A DNA stretch of 64,000 nt from an uncultured Acidobacteriia bacterium (GTDB taxonomy: Bacteria; Acidobacteriota; Terriglobia; Bryobacterales; Bryobacteraceae). The position numbers were made by a program, and so were the translations under genes. The first letter of the stretch is position 1. Every line of letters begins with the position of its first letter. Positions 1-8,403 of this stretch are shown here, piece by piece. The stretch spans positions 1,162 through 65,161 of the forward strand of contig CAIQWJ010000022.1 in assembly GCA_903875575.1 (NCBI GenBank). The letters run 5' to 3'. Under the pieces are notes generated by a model. The model saw nothing but the letters and a program-made list of their open reading frames with translations. It had not been told where the DNA came from and did no database searches.

Positions 1-1
1 G

Positions 2-523
2 GTGACACCGGCGCAGGCCGAAATCATGACGCTGGCGACCGACGAACGAATCCAGCTGGTGTTGCGCAACCCGGCCGACCAGGCAATTGCGGAGACACCG
101 GGAGCGGCAACAAGCAATTTATTCGCGGGGAATAATGGCGCAGCGCGCAGCAGCGCGCCACAGCGAGTGCCGACGGGAAAGGTTGGGGGTTCCGGTAGCG
201 GGAATGCGCAGAGGGTCGGCGACGGACAGGTTGCGACAAGCAGACAGATGTCAGCGGCGCGAGCAGCGGCGAATGCTGCCGGGCTCCAGGCACAGATGCC
301 CGCTCCGCCCCCTCCGGTACCTTCCATTGAAGTTCTTTCCGGGAATACGCGAACTGAAATCATCATGAGCGGTCAGGCGGCCAGAAATCAGTTGAACGGC
401 GGCTCGCAGCGGCCCGCAGCGAACCCGCAGGTCAGTGGGTGGCCGGCTGACGGGCTGGACAGTAACGCTGTGAGCGTATTTAAGGACACCGTGGTTCGTC
501 CTGCCACGGAGGTGGCGAAGTGA
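2..523 (+). CDS. cpaB: Flp/Tad pilus assembly protein CpaB/RcpC, C-terminal part (5' end upstream of window)
   Basis: The open frame runs in from the window edge. VTPAQAEIMTLATDERIQLVLRNP resembles the C-terminal RcpC/CpaB region. GTGA overlap with the downstream secretin gene. Carries an unusually long low-complexity tail. Confidence 0.6.
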   Translation: MTPAQAEIMTLATDERIQLVLRNPADQAIAETPGAATSNLFAGNNGAARSSAPQRVPTGKVGGSGSGNAQRVGDGQVATSRQMSAARAAANAAGLQAQMPAPPPPVPSIEVLSGNTRTEIIMSGQAARNQLNGGSQRPAANPQVSGWPADGLDSNAVSVFKDTVVRPATEVAK

Positions 524-2106
524 GAATACACCTTTCGAGTGTTGCACTGGTGGCTGGGCTTGGGTGCCTGATGCTGCAGACAGCGGGATCGCTGCGCGCA
601 CAGGAATCTGCCCCAGTCAAGAAAATTGTCGTCGGCATGGGCAAAACCTTTGTGCTTGAATGCCCGGCGAACATCGAAAAAATTGCGGTCACGTCGGATG
701 AAACGGCACAGGCCGTTCCCGCGGACATGCGGACGGTCCTGATCAACGGTAAGAGTTCGGGGGAGACCAGTCTGCTGGTGTGGCTCAGCGACGGGACACG
801 AACCCAGTACGACGTGGTGGTCACATACTCGGCAACGCGGATGGAGGCTGCAAAACTTCAGCTGCAACAGGAATTCGGCGGCAAGGTACACCTGGCGGGC
901 GATATGAGCGGGGTGTATCTGACAGGTACGGTTCCGGATTCCTTTGGTTCGGCCCGCGCGGAATTAATCGCGGAATCAGTGGGCAAAGTAGTGAACCTGC
1001 TGAAGTCGGAAGTCCCGAGGCAGGAACAGGAAATCATGCTGCGAATCCGGTTCGCGGACGTGGACCGATCAAAATCCAGTAGTTTTGGCTTCAATATCAT
1101 TGGGGCGCCGAACGGGATTCCATTCAACGTAACGACCGGGGCGAATTCCTCACCGCGGTTTTCGGGTACCAGCGCGTCCCCGACATTTACTCTGACGGAT
1201 GCCCTCAACGTGTTGATGTTCGATCCGCATCTGAACGTGGGGGCCACGCTTCAGGCGCTGCAGGCCAACAACGTGCTGCAGATCCTGGCGGAACCGAACC
1301 TGACGACGATGAACGGCGTAACCGCGAGTTTTACGGCGGGCGGAGAATTTCCGTTTCCGACTGTGGCGTCCAGCGGAGGCGTCTCGGCACCCTCCGTCAG
1401 CTTCCGGGAATTCGGTATCAAGCTGAAGTTCACTCCGACAGTTACGCCGCGTGGCACGATTCGTCTGAAGCTGTCCCCTGAGGTGAGTTCGCTCGACTAC
1501 GCCAATGCGCTGACATTATCCGGGTCTACTGTGCCGGCTCTGAATACAAGGAAGCTCGATACCGAAGTGGAACTGGAATTCGGGCAGTCGTTCGCGATTG
1601 CCGGGCTGCTGGATCAGCGGACAACGGAGGCGCTGAGCAAGATTCCCGGGCTATCGGAGATTCCTCTGCTTGGCAAGCTGTTCCAGTCACGAACCGTGTC
1701 GAAATCGAATTCAGAACTAATCGTGATTGTGACGCCGGAACTGGTCGCAGCGATTCCGAAAGACCAGGCACTGCCGGATCTTCAGAGGCCTCTGAAGTTT
1801 CTGGACGGTCCGGGCGTGATGACTGAAGCGCCACGAAACCCAGGACTGGACAAGACGGGGCCCGCGCCGGAGAGGCCGGTCCGCACAGAGATGCCGGTCC
1901 AGGAACTCCAGAAGTATGAACTGGAGCAGAAGGCGCTGCACAATTCGTCAGATACCGGCGCAACGATCGGTGCGGCCGGAGGTGCGGGCAGCGGATCCAG
2001 CGGGAATAGTGTCGGGGCGGGTATGGCTCCGGCTCCGGTCTACCCAACATCAACTCCGTTGGCGATGCCCGCGCTGGCGGGGCCGAACAAGGTGAACGGT
2101 CAATGA
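520..2106 (+). CDS. cpaC: Tad/Flp pilus secretin CpaC/RcpA
   Basis: Signal peptide MRIHLSSVALVAGLGCLMLQTAG. Secretin core motifs LQILAEPNLTTMNGVTASFTAGGEFPFP and IPLLGKLFQS. Lies between the cpaB and cpaE genes. Confidence 0.85.
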   Translation: MRIHLSSVALVAGLGCLMLQTAGSLRAQESAPVKKIVVGMGKTFVLECPANIEKIAVTSDETAQAVPADMRTVLINGKSSGETSLLVWLSDGTRTQYDVVVTYSATRMEAAKLQLQQEFGGKVHLAGDMSGVYLTGTVPDSFGSARAELIAESVGKVVNLLKSEVPRQEQEIMLRIRFADVDRSKSSSFGFNIIGAPNGIPFNVTTGANSSPRFSGTSASPTFTLTDALNVLMFDPHLNVGATLQALQANNVLQILAEPNLTTMNGVTASFTAGGEFPFPTVASSGGVSAPSVSFREFGIKLKFTPTVTPRGTIRLKLSPEVSSLDYANALTLSGSTVPALNTRKLDTEVELEFGQSFAIAGLLDQRTTEALSKIPGLSEIPLLGKLFQSRTVSKSNSELIVIVTPELVAAIPKDQALPDLQRPLKFLDGPGVMTEAPRNPGLDKTGPAPERPVRTEMPVQELQKYELEQKALHNSSDTGATIGAAGGAGSGSSGNSVGAGMAPAPVYPTSTPLAMPALAGPNKVNGQ

Positions 2107-3326
2107 GCATGAGTGCTCTCAGTGCGGCGGTGATCGTGGCCGATCAGACGCTGAGCGTCGATGCGGTCTCGTGCATCGACAATCTGCCGGTTCGGGTCAC
2201 GATCGACGAGGAACATCTCGACGACGTGGAGGAACTGCTGGACCAGGTTGAGCGGCATCGGGTGGACGTGGTGCTGGTGGAGTGGAAACTGCTGAAGATT
2301 CCGATCGAAGAGTTTGCGCGCCGGCTGAAGCTGACGTCATCCGACCCTGTGATTTTCGTGCTGGAGGCAGAAGCGGTGGCGGATCACATTCTGGAGGCGA
2401 TGAAGGCGGGAGCGCGGGAGTACTTTTGCCCTCCGCTGGTCACTCCGTTGCGGGAAGCGTTTGAGCGGCTGGCGGCGGTGCGTCAGGAGCAGGTACTTTC
2501 TCAACAGAAGAAGCTGGGAAGGATTTATGGGTTTCTTTCGGCCAAGGGTGGATGTGGGGCGACGACGTTCGCGAGTCATGTCGCGATCGAGACAGCGAAG
2601 CGGGCAGAGAAGCCTGTGTTGCTGGCGGATTTCGATTTCGAGGCGGGGCTGCTGCGTTTCATTCTGAAAGCGAAGCCGAGCTACTCATTACGCGATGCGC
2701 TGAACAACATGCACCGGATGGACGCGAGCTTCTGGAAGGCACTGGTGACGAAACACGGCGAGAAGCTGGATTTCATCTCGGCACCGGAGGAACTGACGGA
2801 GCGGGCGACGCCGGACCCGAGACAACTGGCGCGCCTGCTGCGCTTCATTCGGGCCAATTACCCGATCGCGGTGCTGGATTTCGGGCGATGGCACAGCGCG
2901 GCAGTTGTGGAATCGCTGGGCGACATTGAGTCATTGTTTCTGATCGTGACGCAGGATCTGCGGGTGATGGAGAACGCGAAGGAACTGATCGAACTGGCGC
3001 GCGAACGCGGAAGAGTGGACCGGATCAAGGTGCTGGTCAACCGCGTTACGGCGAAACAGAAGCCCGACCTTGCCGGGCTGGAGAGCTATCTGGGAGTGCG
3101 TCCGGCGGGCGTTTTCAGCGACGACACGGAAGCGCTCTACGAAACGTGGTCCGAAGGGCGCATGCTGGACGCCAACGCGGGTCTGGGTAAGCAACTGGCG
3201 GCTCTTTCAAAATCGCTCACCGACCGGGAAGCCGAAGACGCGGTCAAGACCGGGGACCAGACGGCGAACGCACAGGCGGCCGGGCTGGGGCGGTTGTTTT
3301 CGTTTATGCGACGTGGCAAGGGCTGA
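2103..3326 (+). CDS. cpaE: CpaE/TadZ-like pilus localisation protein (pseudo-receiver domain + MinD/ParA-fold domain)
   Basis: ATGA overlap with cpaC. N-terminal receiver-like fold has VVLVEW where a receiver has its phospho-acceptor Asp. Deviant Walker A KGGCGATT at nt 2544-2567. Overall MinD/ParA-like layout. Confidence 0.75.
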   Translation: MSMSALSAAVIVADQTLSVDAVSCIDNLPVRVTIDEEHLDDVEELLDQVERHRVDVVLVEWKLLKIPIEEFARRLKLTSSDPVIFVLEAEAVADHILEAMKAGAREYFCPPLVTPLREAFERLAAVRQEQVLSQQKKLGRIYGFLSAKGGCGATTFASHVAIETAKRAEKPVLLADFDFEAGLLRFILKAKPSYSLRDALNNMHRMDASFWKALVTKHGEKLDFISAPEELTERATPDPRQLARLLRFIRANYPIAVLDFGRWHSAAVVESLGDIESLFLIVTQDLRVMENAKELIELARERGRVDRIKVLVNRVTAKQKPDLAGLESYLGVRPAGVFSDDTEALYETWSEGRMLDANAGLGKQLAALSKSLTDREAEDAVKTGDQTANAQAAGLGRLFSFMRRGKG

Positions 3327-3383
3327 TGCGCAACGAGTGGATATTGATTTCCGAAGACAAGGTTTCAGGCAGACGAGAAGAAA

Positions 3384-4754
3384 ATGGCAACGATACCTAC
3401 AGCATCTGAAGCAGGAGTGAACGGCGGACGCCAGGAGGCGGGCTGGGTCACGCGGATGTCGAGCCGCGATGGCACGGGTATTGAGTATCAGGAACTCAAA
3501 TTCGCGATTCACCGCAAGCTGATCGACAGGATCAATCTGGAAGCGCTGTCGTCGCTGGCGGGGGAAAGAGCACGGGCGGAGATCCGGGCGGCGGTAGCGA
3601 AGCTGGTGGAGGAAGAACGCACACCACTGAGCCTTTCGGAAAAAGAGCGCGTGATCGAGGAAGTGCTCGACGAAGTGTTCGGGCTGGGGCCGCTGGAACC
3701 ACTGCTGCGCGACTCGAGTATTTCGGACATTCTGGTGACGACGCCGCGCCTGGTGTATGTGGAGCGCGGCGGCAAACTTTACCGTACCTCGGTGGAGTTC
3801 AAAGATAATAATCACCTGCTGCGCATCATTGAGAAAGTGGTGGCGCGGGTGGGCCGGCGCGTGGATGAATCGTCGCCGCTGGTGGACGCCCGTCTGCCGG
3901 ACGGATCCCGCGTGAACGCGGCGATTCCGCCGGTTGCCGTGGATGGTCCGCTGCTCTCGATCCGCCGATTCGGGCGCGATCTGCTGCAGGGCGAGGATCT
4001 GGTGGCGAAGCTGGCGCTGACGGACGGCATGCTGGAATTGCTGAAAGCGTGCGTGAGGGCTCGGCTCAACATCATCATTTCGGGCGGTACCGGCAGCGGC
4101 AAGACTACTCTGCTGAACGTGCTTTCCGGCTACATCCCGGAGAACGAGCGCATTGTGACCATCGAGGATGCAGCGGAACTTCGTTTGCGGCAGACACACG
4201 TGGCGCGCCTCGAAACCAGGCCGGCGAATATCGAAGGCAGTGGCGCGATCCGGATCCGCGATCTGGTGATTAACGCGCTTCGTATGCGTCCCGACCGCAT
4301 CATCGTCGGCGAAGTCCGCAGCGAAGAAGCGCTGGACATGTTGCAGGCGATGAATACGGGCCACGACGGATCTCTGACGACGATTCACTCGAATACGCCG
4401 CGCGATGGCGTGGCGCGTCTTGAGGTGATGGTCGGCATGGGCAACGCGAACATGAGCGCGAGGGCGATTCGGCAGCAGGTCACGAGCGCGGTGGATGTGA
4501 TGGTGCAGGTTTCGCGTTTCAGCGATGGTTCGCGCAAGATGACGCATATTACAGAGCTGGTGGGGCTTGAGGGCGAACAGGTCACGATGCAGGACATTTT
4601 CCTGTTTGAGAAATCCGGCGTCTCAGAAAACGGCAAGGTACTTGGTCGATTCCGTGCTACAGGTGTACGGCCCCGTTTTTACGACAAGCTCCGGGCGAGC
4701 GGCATCAATCTGCCAACGTCATTGTTCCAGACGATTGTGGAGGTTACTGCGTAA
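3384..4754 (+). CDS. cpaF: CpaF/TadA family secretion ATPase
   Basis: Walker [15 protein letters not shown]. Other motifs [21 protein letters not shown] and [13 protein letters not shown] are typical of the VirB11/CpaF hexameric ATPase family. Confidence 0.9.
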   Translation: MATIPTASEAGVNGGRQEAGWVTRMSSRDGTGIEYQELKFAIHRKLIDRINLEALSSLAGERARAEIRAAVAKLVEEERTPLSLSEKERVIEEVLDEVFGLGPLEPLLRDSSISDILVTTPRLVYVERGGKLYRTSVEFKDNNHLLRIIEKVVARVGRRVDESSPLVDARLPDGSRVNAAIPPVAVDGPLLSIRRFGRDLLQGEDLVAKLALTDGMLELLKACVRARLNIIISGGTGSGKTTLLNVLSGYIPENERIVTIEDAAELRLRQTHVARLETRPANIEGSGAIRIRDLVINALRMRPDRIIVGEVRSEEALDMLQAMNTGHDGSLTTIHSNTPRDGVARLEVMVGMGNANMSARAIRQQVTSAVDVMVQVSRFSDGSRKMTHITELVGLEGEQVTMQDIFLFEKSGVSENGKVLGRFRATGVRPRFYDKLRASGINLPTSLFQTIVEVTA

Positions 4755-5041
4755 TGACGGACCTGGCGGAAGCGACAATACCGGGCGGCGGGAATACAGC
4801 AGGACGCGATGACGGGCGACTGGGAGTCCGGCTGGGGCGTCTCGAAATGGTCGCGCGGCAGATGGAGCCTCTGGTGTGGGGAATGGTGCGGCCGCAGGGC
4901 GAGAGTCTGGATCAACGATTGGAGCGACTGCTGAGTTTGTCGCCACAGTACGAGGCCGAGCCAGCGTGGTGGGCGGATGAGAACGGGCAGGAAGCCCATG
5001 CAGCGGAAGGCACGCCCGACCTGCAGGAGATGAGCGCGTAG
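4754..5041 (+). CDS. hypothetical acidic 95-aa protein inserted between cpaF and tadB
   Basis: TAATG overlap with the cpaF stop, and its own stop directly abuts the tadB ATG. Third codon positions are strongly G/C-biased, like the neighbouring genes. No family recognised. Confidence 0.45.
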   Translation: MTDLAEATIPGGGNTAGRDDGRLGVRLGRLEMVARQMEPLVWGMVRPQGESLDQRLERLLSLSPQYEAEPAWWADENGQEAHAAEGTPDLQEMSA

Positions 5042-6007
5042 ATGATCGGTGTGATCGCCATCGTGTTTCTGGTTGTACTGGGCGCCCTGATGCTGGCGAT
5101 CAGTACGGGGCTGCGGTTCTTCGAGTCGAAACGGCGTAAGCAGCTGGTTTCGGTACTGAAGACCGTGACGGAAGAAGGGCCGGAGCGCGTGGATCTGCTG
5201 ATGGATCCGGATCAGAAGGAGAAGTCGGACGAGGGCGCGGGCGGTCTGGAAGCAGTTTTGCAGAGCCTGCGGGTGTTGTTGTCAGAATCCGGCGTCGACT
5301 GGAACGAGACGAAGTTTTTTTCGTTCTGCGGCGGCGCGTTTTTGGTGGGCGCTGTGGGCGGGTGGTTTATACCGTTCGAATCTCCAGGGGCGCTGCGCTG
5401 CGGCGTGGTGGGTCTGGGTTGCGCCTATGTGCCGCTGATGTATGTCAAGAAAGCGCGGGCAAAACGGATTGCGGCGCTGGAAGCGCAGTTGCCGGACGCG
5501 CTGGACTTTCTGGCCCGTTCCATGCGCGCAGGTCACGCGTTCACGATCAGCCTGGAAATGGTGGGAGAGGAGATTCACGAGCCTCTGGGTCAGGAGTTTC
5601 GGACGCTGTTTAACGAACAGAATCTGGGGGCGTCGCTGGACCGTTCGCTGATCAATTTTGGCAAGCGGGTGCCGCTACCGGATGTGAGGTTCTTCTCGTC
5701 ATCCGTTTTGCTGCAGCGGCAGACAGGCGGCAATCTGAGCGAAGTATTGGGGCGGCTCTCGCACATTATTCGCGAGCGGTTTCGCTTGAAGGGGCAGGTG
5801 CAGGCGACCAGCGCGCACGGGCGGCTGACCGCAACAATTCTGACGCTGCTGCCGATCGCCACGCTGGTGGGACTTGTGCTCAGTTCGCCGGGTTATCTGG
5901 ATCCGCTTTTGACGGACCCAACGGGGCGGAAGCTGATTGCGGCGGGTGTGGGTTGCCAGATTCTGGGCAACATGTTCATCCGGAAGATTATCAAGATTGA
6001 AGTTTGA
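5042..6007 (+). CDS. tadB: TadB (type II secretion system F-family inner-membrane platform protein)
   Basis: N-terminal TM helix. GspF-like domain (LPDALDFLARSMRAGHAFTISLEMV) followed by C-terminal TM helices. Position after cpaF. Confidence 0.8.
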   Translation: MIGVIAIVFLVVLGALMLAISTGLRFFESKRRKQLVSVLKTVTEEGPERVDLLMDPDQKEKSDEGAGGLEAVLQSLRVLLSESGVDWNETKFFSFCGGAFLVGAVGGWFIPFESPGALRCGVVGLGCAYVPLMYVKKARAKRIAALEAQLPDALDFLARSMRAGHAFTISLEMVGEEIHEPLGQEFRTLFNEQNLGASLDRSLINFGKRVPLPDVRFFSSSVLLQRQTGGNLSEVLGRLSHIIRERFRLKGQVQATSAHGRLTATILTLLPIATLVGLVLSSPGYLDPLLTDPTGRKLIAAGVGCQILGNMFIRKIIKIEV

Positions 6008-6030
6008 AGGGCTGAAGGCAGAAAACGACT

Positions 6031-6957
6031 ATGTTGCCAATCATGCTAGCGGCGTTTCTGTTCGTGCTGCTGCTGACGATTATTTCGGTATACGGTTACC
6101 GGGCGTATGTGCGGCCGAGCCGTATCTACGACCGTGTGGGTGGCGTAGCGGAATCGATGCGGGAGCCCGCGGTCAGCGCGAAGGACCGTGTGGTGCGGGT
6201 GTTCGAGCAGATTGGCGACAAGATACCGCTGAGCCCGAGCGAGCAGACGGTCACACGACGGGACCTGACGATGGCTGGTTATCGCGCGGATACGGCGATT
6301 CCGATTTTCTACGGGATCAAGGTATTCATGTGCGCGGTGTTTTTTCTGTTCGGGCTGGCCGTGAAGCACGGGGTCTCCGATCAGACGGTACCCCAGATGG
6401 TGGTGCTGGTGTTTTGCACCGGTTTTGGTTACTACTTTCCGACGCTGGGGCTGGAGAAGCGCGTGAAGAAGAGACAGCAGAAGCTGCGGCTTTCGCTGCC
6501 GGATGCGCTGGACATGATGGTGGTGGCGGTGGAAGCCGGGCTCGGCCTGGACCAGACGCTGCAGTACGTGGCACGGGAGATTGAGGCGGGGCATCCGGAA
6601 CTATCGGACGAACTGGGCCTTGTGGGACTGGAAATGCGGGCCGGTAAACGGCGGGCGGAATCGCTGCGCAATCTGGCGGAACGAACGGGCGAAGTGGAAC
6701 TCCGCAAACTGGTGGCGATTCTGACGCAAAGCGACAGGTTCGGCACGAGCATGGGCGAAAGCCTGCGAACGCATTCGGATTTTATGCGTCTTCGGCGCAA
6801 GCAGGAAGCTGAAGAACGCGCGGCGAAGATCGGCGTGAAGCTGGTTTTTCCGATTTTTATTTTTATCCTGCCGTCGATGATGCTGGTGGCGGCGGGGCCG
6901 GCTCTGCTGAAGGTATTCCGGGATCTGTTCCCGATGATGCAGAGTTTCGGCAAATGA
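6031..6957 (+). CDS. tadC: TadC (type II secretion system F-family inner-membrane platform protein)
   Basis: Paralogous architecture to tadB (LPDALDMMVVAVEAGLGLDQTLQYV, then C-terminal TM helices). Last gene of the tad operon. Confidence 0.8.
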   Translation: MLPIMLAAFLFVLLLTIISVYGYRAYVRPSRIYDRVGGVAESMREPAVSAKDRVVRVFEQIGDKIPLSPSEQTVTRRDLTMAGYRADTAIPIFYGIKVFMCAVFFLFGLAVKHGVSDQTVPQMVVLVFCTGFGYYFPTLGLEKRVKKRQQKLRLSLPDALDMMVVAVEAGLGLDQTLQYVAREIEAGHPELSDELGLVGLEMRAGKRRAESLRNLAERTGEVELRKLVAILTQSDRFGTSMGESLRTHSDFMRLRRKQEAEERAAKIGVKLVFPIFIFILPSMMLVAAGPALLKVFRDLFPMMQSFGK

Positions 6958-7009
6958 GATGGGTGGTACGAAGTGAAGTGCAAACGAAGAGCAGTGAAAT
7001 GAGAAAACG

Positions 7010-7111
7010 ATGTTTAACCCGTTACTGAGTTACGTGATTTTGTTTTTCAGTCTGTTCTCGCTGACGCTACTTGTACAGCGGAGACGTCGGCGTAAAGAAA
7101 ACGACGTCTGA
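7010..7111 (+). CDS. candidate mini-ORF (33 aa): one hydrophobic helix + poly-Arg tail
   Basis: My own translation: MFNPLLSYVILFFSLFSLTLLVQRRRRRKENDV. Below the ORF-track cutoff. Weak RBS. The Arg-rich 3' part coincides with an 8-bp hairpin (7082-7089 / 7102-7109), so this could be RNA structure rather than coding sequence. Confidence 0.2.
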   Translation: MFNPLLSYVILFFSLFSLTLLVQRRRRRKENDV

Positions 7112-7260
7112 GCAGATTGATACGGGCTTACCGGGGGCGGGCGCAGCGCCACCGGTTTACGGATGAAGATGACATGAGGAGATGGCACCGGCACCGGGCA
7201 TGACTGCGAAGCTAATGAGAACAGAAGTAACAACAAACAAACGAAAGAGGAGAACAAAAA

Positions 7261-7359
7261 ATGAGCTCAACACTGATGCAGTCGGGATTGTGGGTATTTG
7301 CAGGTTTGCTGCTGACGATGCTGATCGTCCGCCGCGGCAAGCGCAAGGCGCGGGGCTAG
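7261..7359 (+). CDS. candidate mini-ORF (32 aa): one hydrophobic helix + basic tail
   Basis: My own translation: MSSTLMQSGLWVFAGLLLTMLIVRRGKRKARG. GAGGAG at 7247-7252 lies 8 nt upstream of the ATG. Same architecture as the 7010 mini-ORF. A repeat/hairpin element follows the stop. Confidence 0.3.
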   Translation: MSSTLMQSGLWVFAGLLLTMLIVRRGKRKARG

Positions 7360-7405
7360 GCAGCTTTCAGCTGCCGCTGTCAGCTATCAGCTTTCAGCGA
7401 CCAGC
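7360..7405. repeat. tandem CAGCNNT heptamer element, copy 1
   Basis: cagcttt cagctgc cgctgt cagctat cagcttt cagcgac cagc. Contains the small hairpin gcagct-ttc-agctgc (7360-7374). Shares cagctatcagc and agctttcagc with the element at 15271-15307. Confidence 0.55.
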
Positions 7406-7462
7406 TTAAGGCAATCTGCATATGTCGGCTTGCTGTTTGGCCGTCATTTGCTGGACTTGCAG

Positions 7463-7500
7463 CGCGTATCGGGATTACGATCAGAGGAGCCCGATACGCG
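7463..7500. promoter_or_regulatory. perfect 11-bp inverted repeat with a 16-nt spacer upstream of the 7520 gene
   Basis: cgcgtatcggg (7463-7473) and cccgatacgcg (7490-7500) are exact reverse complements. The spacer attacgatcagaggag contains an SD-like GAGGAG. Could be an operator or an RNA stem-loop. Confidence 0.4.
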
Positions 7501-7519
7501 TTGCACGTTAGTTATCTGA

Positions 7520-8389
7520 GTGGCGAACTTTACGATGACGGACTGGAAGACCAGACAGAACAGCGACGGCGGCTGGGCATATCACTACGGCGGTCAGGAC
7601 GCGAACACGGGATGTTCATGGACGGAGCCAACAGTATTGGTGTTGCTTGCGCAGGCCGCGTGGCAGGGTTCGGATGGCGACAGTTTCGCGCGTGGAGTTC
7701 GGTTTGTGAATTCGATCGCGCGTTCGGATGGCGGCTGGAGTCCGCAGCCGGGCGTGGAGGAGAGCACGTGGGTCACGGCTCTGGTGGCGTTGTTGCCGGA
7801 GGGCGCAATTGGCGCGCAGCAACGTCTCCAGGCGATCAAATGGCTGAAGGAAAGAACGGGCCAGGAATCGAGCTGGAGTTACCGGTTTCAGCAGTGGCGG
7901 AATGGCGATAAGCAGGAGTATCCGGAGGGCTGGCCGTGGTTTCCGGGAGCGGCTGCGTGGGTGATTCCGACGTCGCTGGGGATCCTGGCATTTGAGCGAG
8001 CGCTTCGGCACGGGGCGGATGACGGCTGGTTACGGGACCGGGTGCAATCGGGCAAGAAGTTTCTGGCCGGACGGATGTGTGCCGATGGCGGATGGAATCA
8101 CGGATCGAGCCGGGCGCTGGGGCGTGACGGGGATTCGTATCCGGAGACAACGGGGATTGCTTTGCTGGCGCTGAATGGCGATCGCGGGCCACAGATCGAG
8201 CGGGCGAAAGCGGCGGCACGGAAGCATCTGGCGAACTGCCGGACGGCTGAGGGTATCGCGTGGCTGCGGTTGGGGCTTGCGGCGCATGGGGAGAAAGCAG
8301 CGGCACCGGTGGAGTCTGTTTTCAGAACCAATATGGATGCCGCTTTGATGAGTCTGGCTGACGCTCCGCGGAATTTGTTGTTGGGCTGA
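7520..8389 (+). CDS. prenyltransferase/squalene-oxidase repeat (alpha/alpha-toroid) protein
   Basis: Repeated motifs QNSDGGWAY, RSDGGWSPQ and CADGGWNHGSS at roughly 50-100-aa spacing are typical of terpenoid cyclase/prenyltransferase-type toroid repeats. GTG start at 7520; alternative ATG at 7535. Confidence 0.65.
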   Translation: MANFTMTDWKTRQNSDGGWAYHYGGQDANTGCSWTEPTVLVLLAQAAWQGSDGDSFARGVRFVNSIARSDGGWSPQPGVEESTWVTALVALLPEGAIGAQQRLQAIKWLKERTGQESSWSYRFQQWRNGDKQEYPEGWPWFPGAAAWVIPTSLGILAFERALRHGADDGWLRDRVQSGKKFLAGRMCADGGWNHGSSRALGRDGDSYPETTGIALLALNGDRGPQIERAKAAARKHLANCRTAEGIAWLRLGLAAHGEKAAAPVESVFRTNMDAALMSLADAPRNLLLG

Positions 8390-8403
8390 AAGAGAGCCAG
8401 TTT

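Noticed and set aside
7010-7359. The mini-ORFs as Flp-type pilins of the adjacent tad operon.
   Set aside because: They have no leader ending in Gly followed by the xxxxEY motif. The hydrophobic segment starts almost at residue 1, and the tail is poly-basic. Pilin and prepilin-peptidase genes are more likely upstream of cpaB, outside the window.
7030-7409. 75-aa ORFs 7030..7257 (minus) and 7182..7409 (plus) in the post-tadC gap.
   Set aside because: The plus-strand ORF runs straight through the heptamer repeat and is Lys/Arg-rich, from an A-rich tract. The minus-strand ORF owes its hydrophobic start to the complement of that same tract. Neither has an RBS or a codon bias like the neighbouring genes. 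They are kept only as alternatives to the mini-ORF hypothesis.
7501-7911. TTG-initiated 136-aa ORF placed 11 nt after the GAGGAG in the inverted-repeat loop.
   Set aside because: It is off-frame relative to the convincing DGGW-repeat protein, and its translation is Gly/Arg-rich with no motif.
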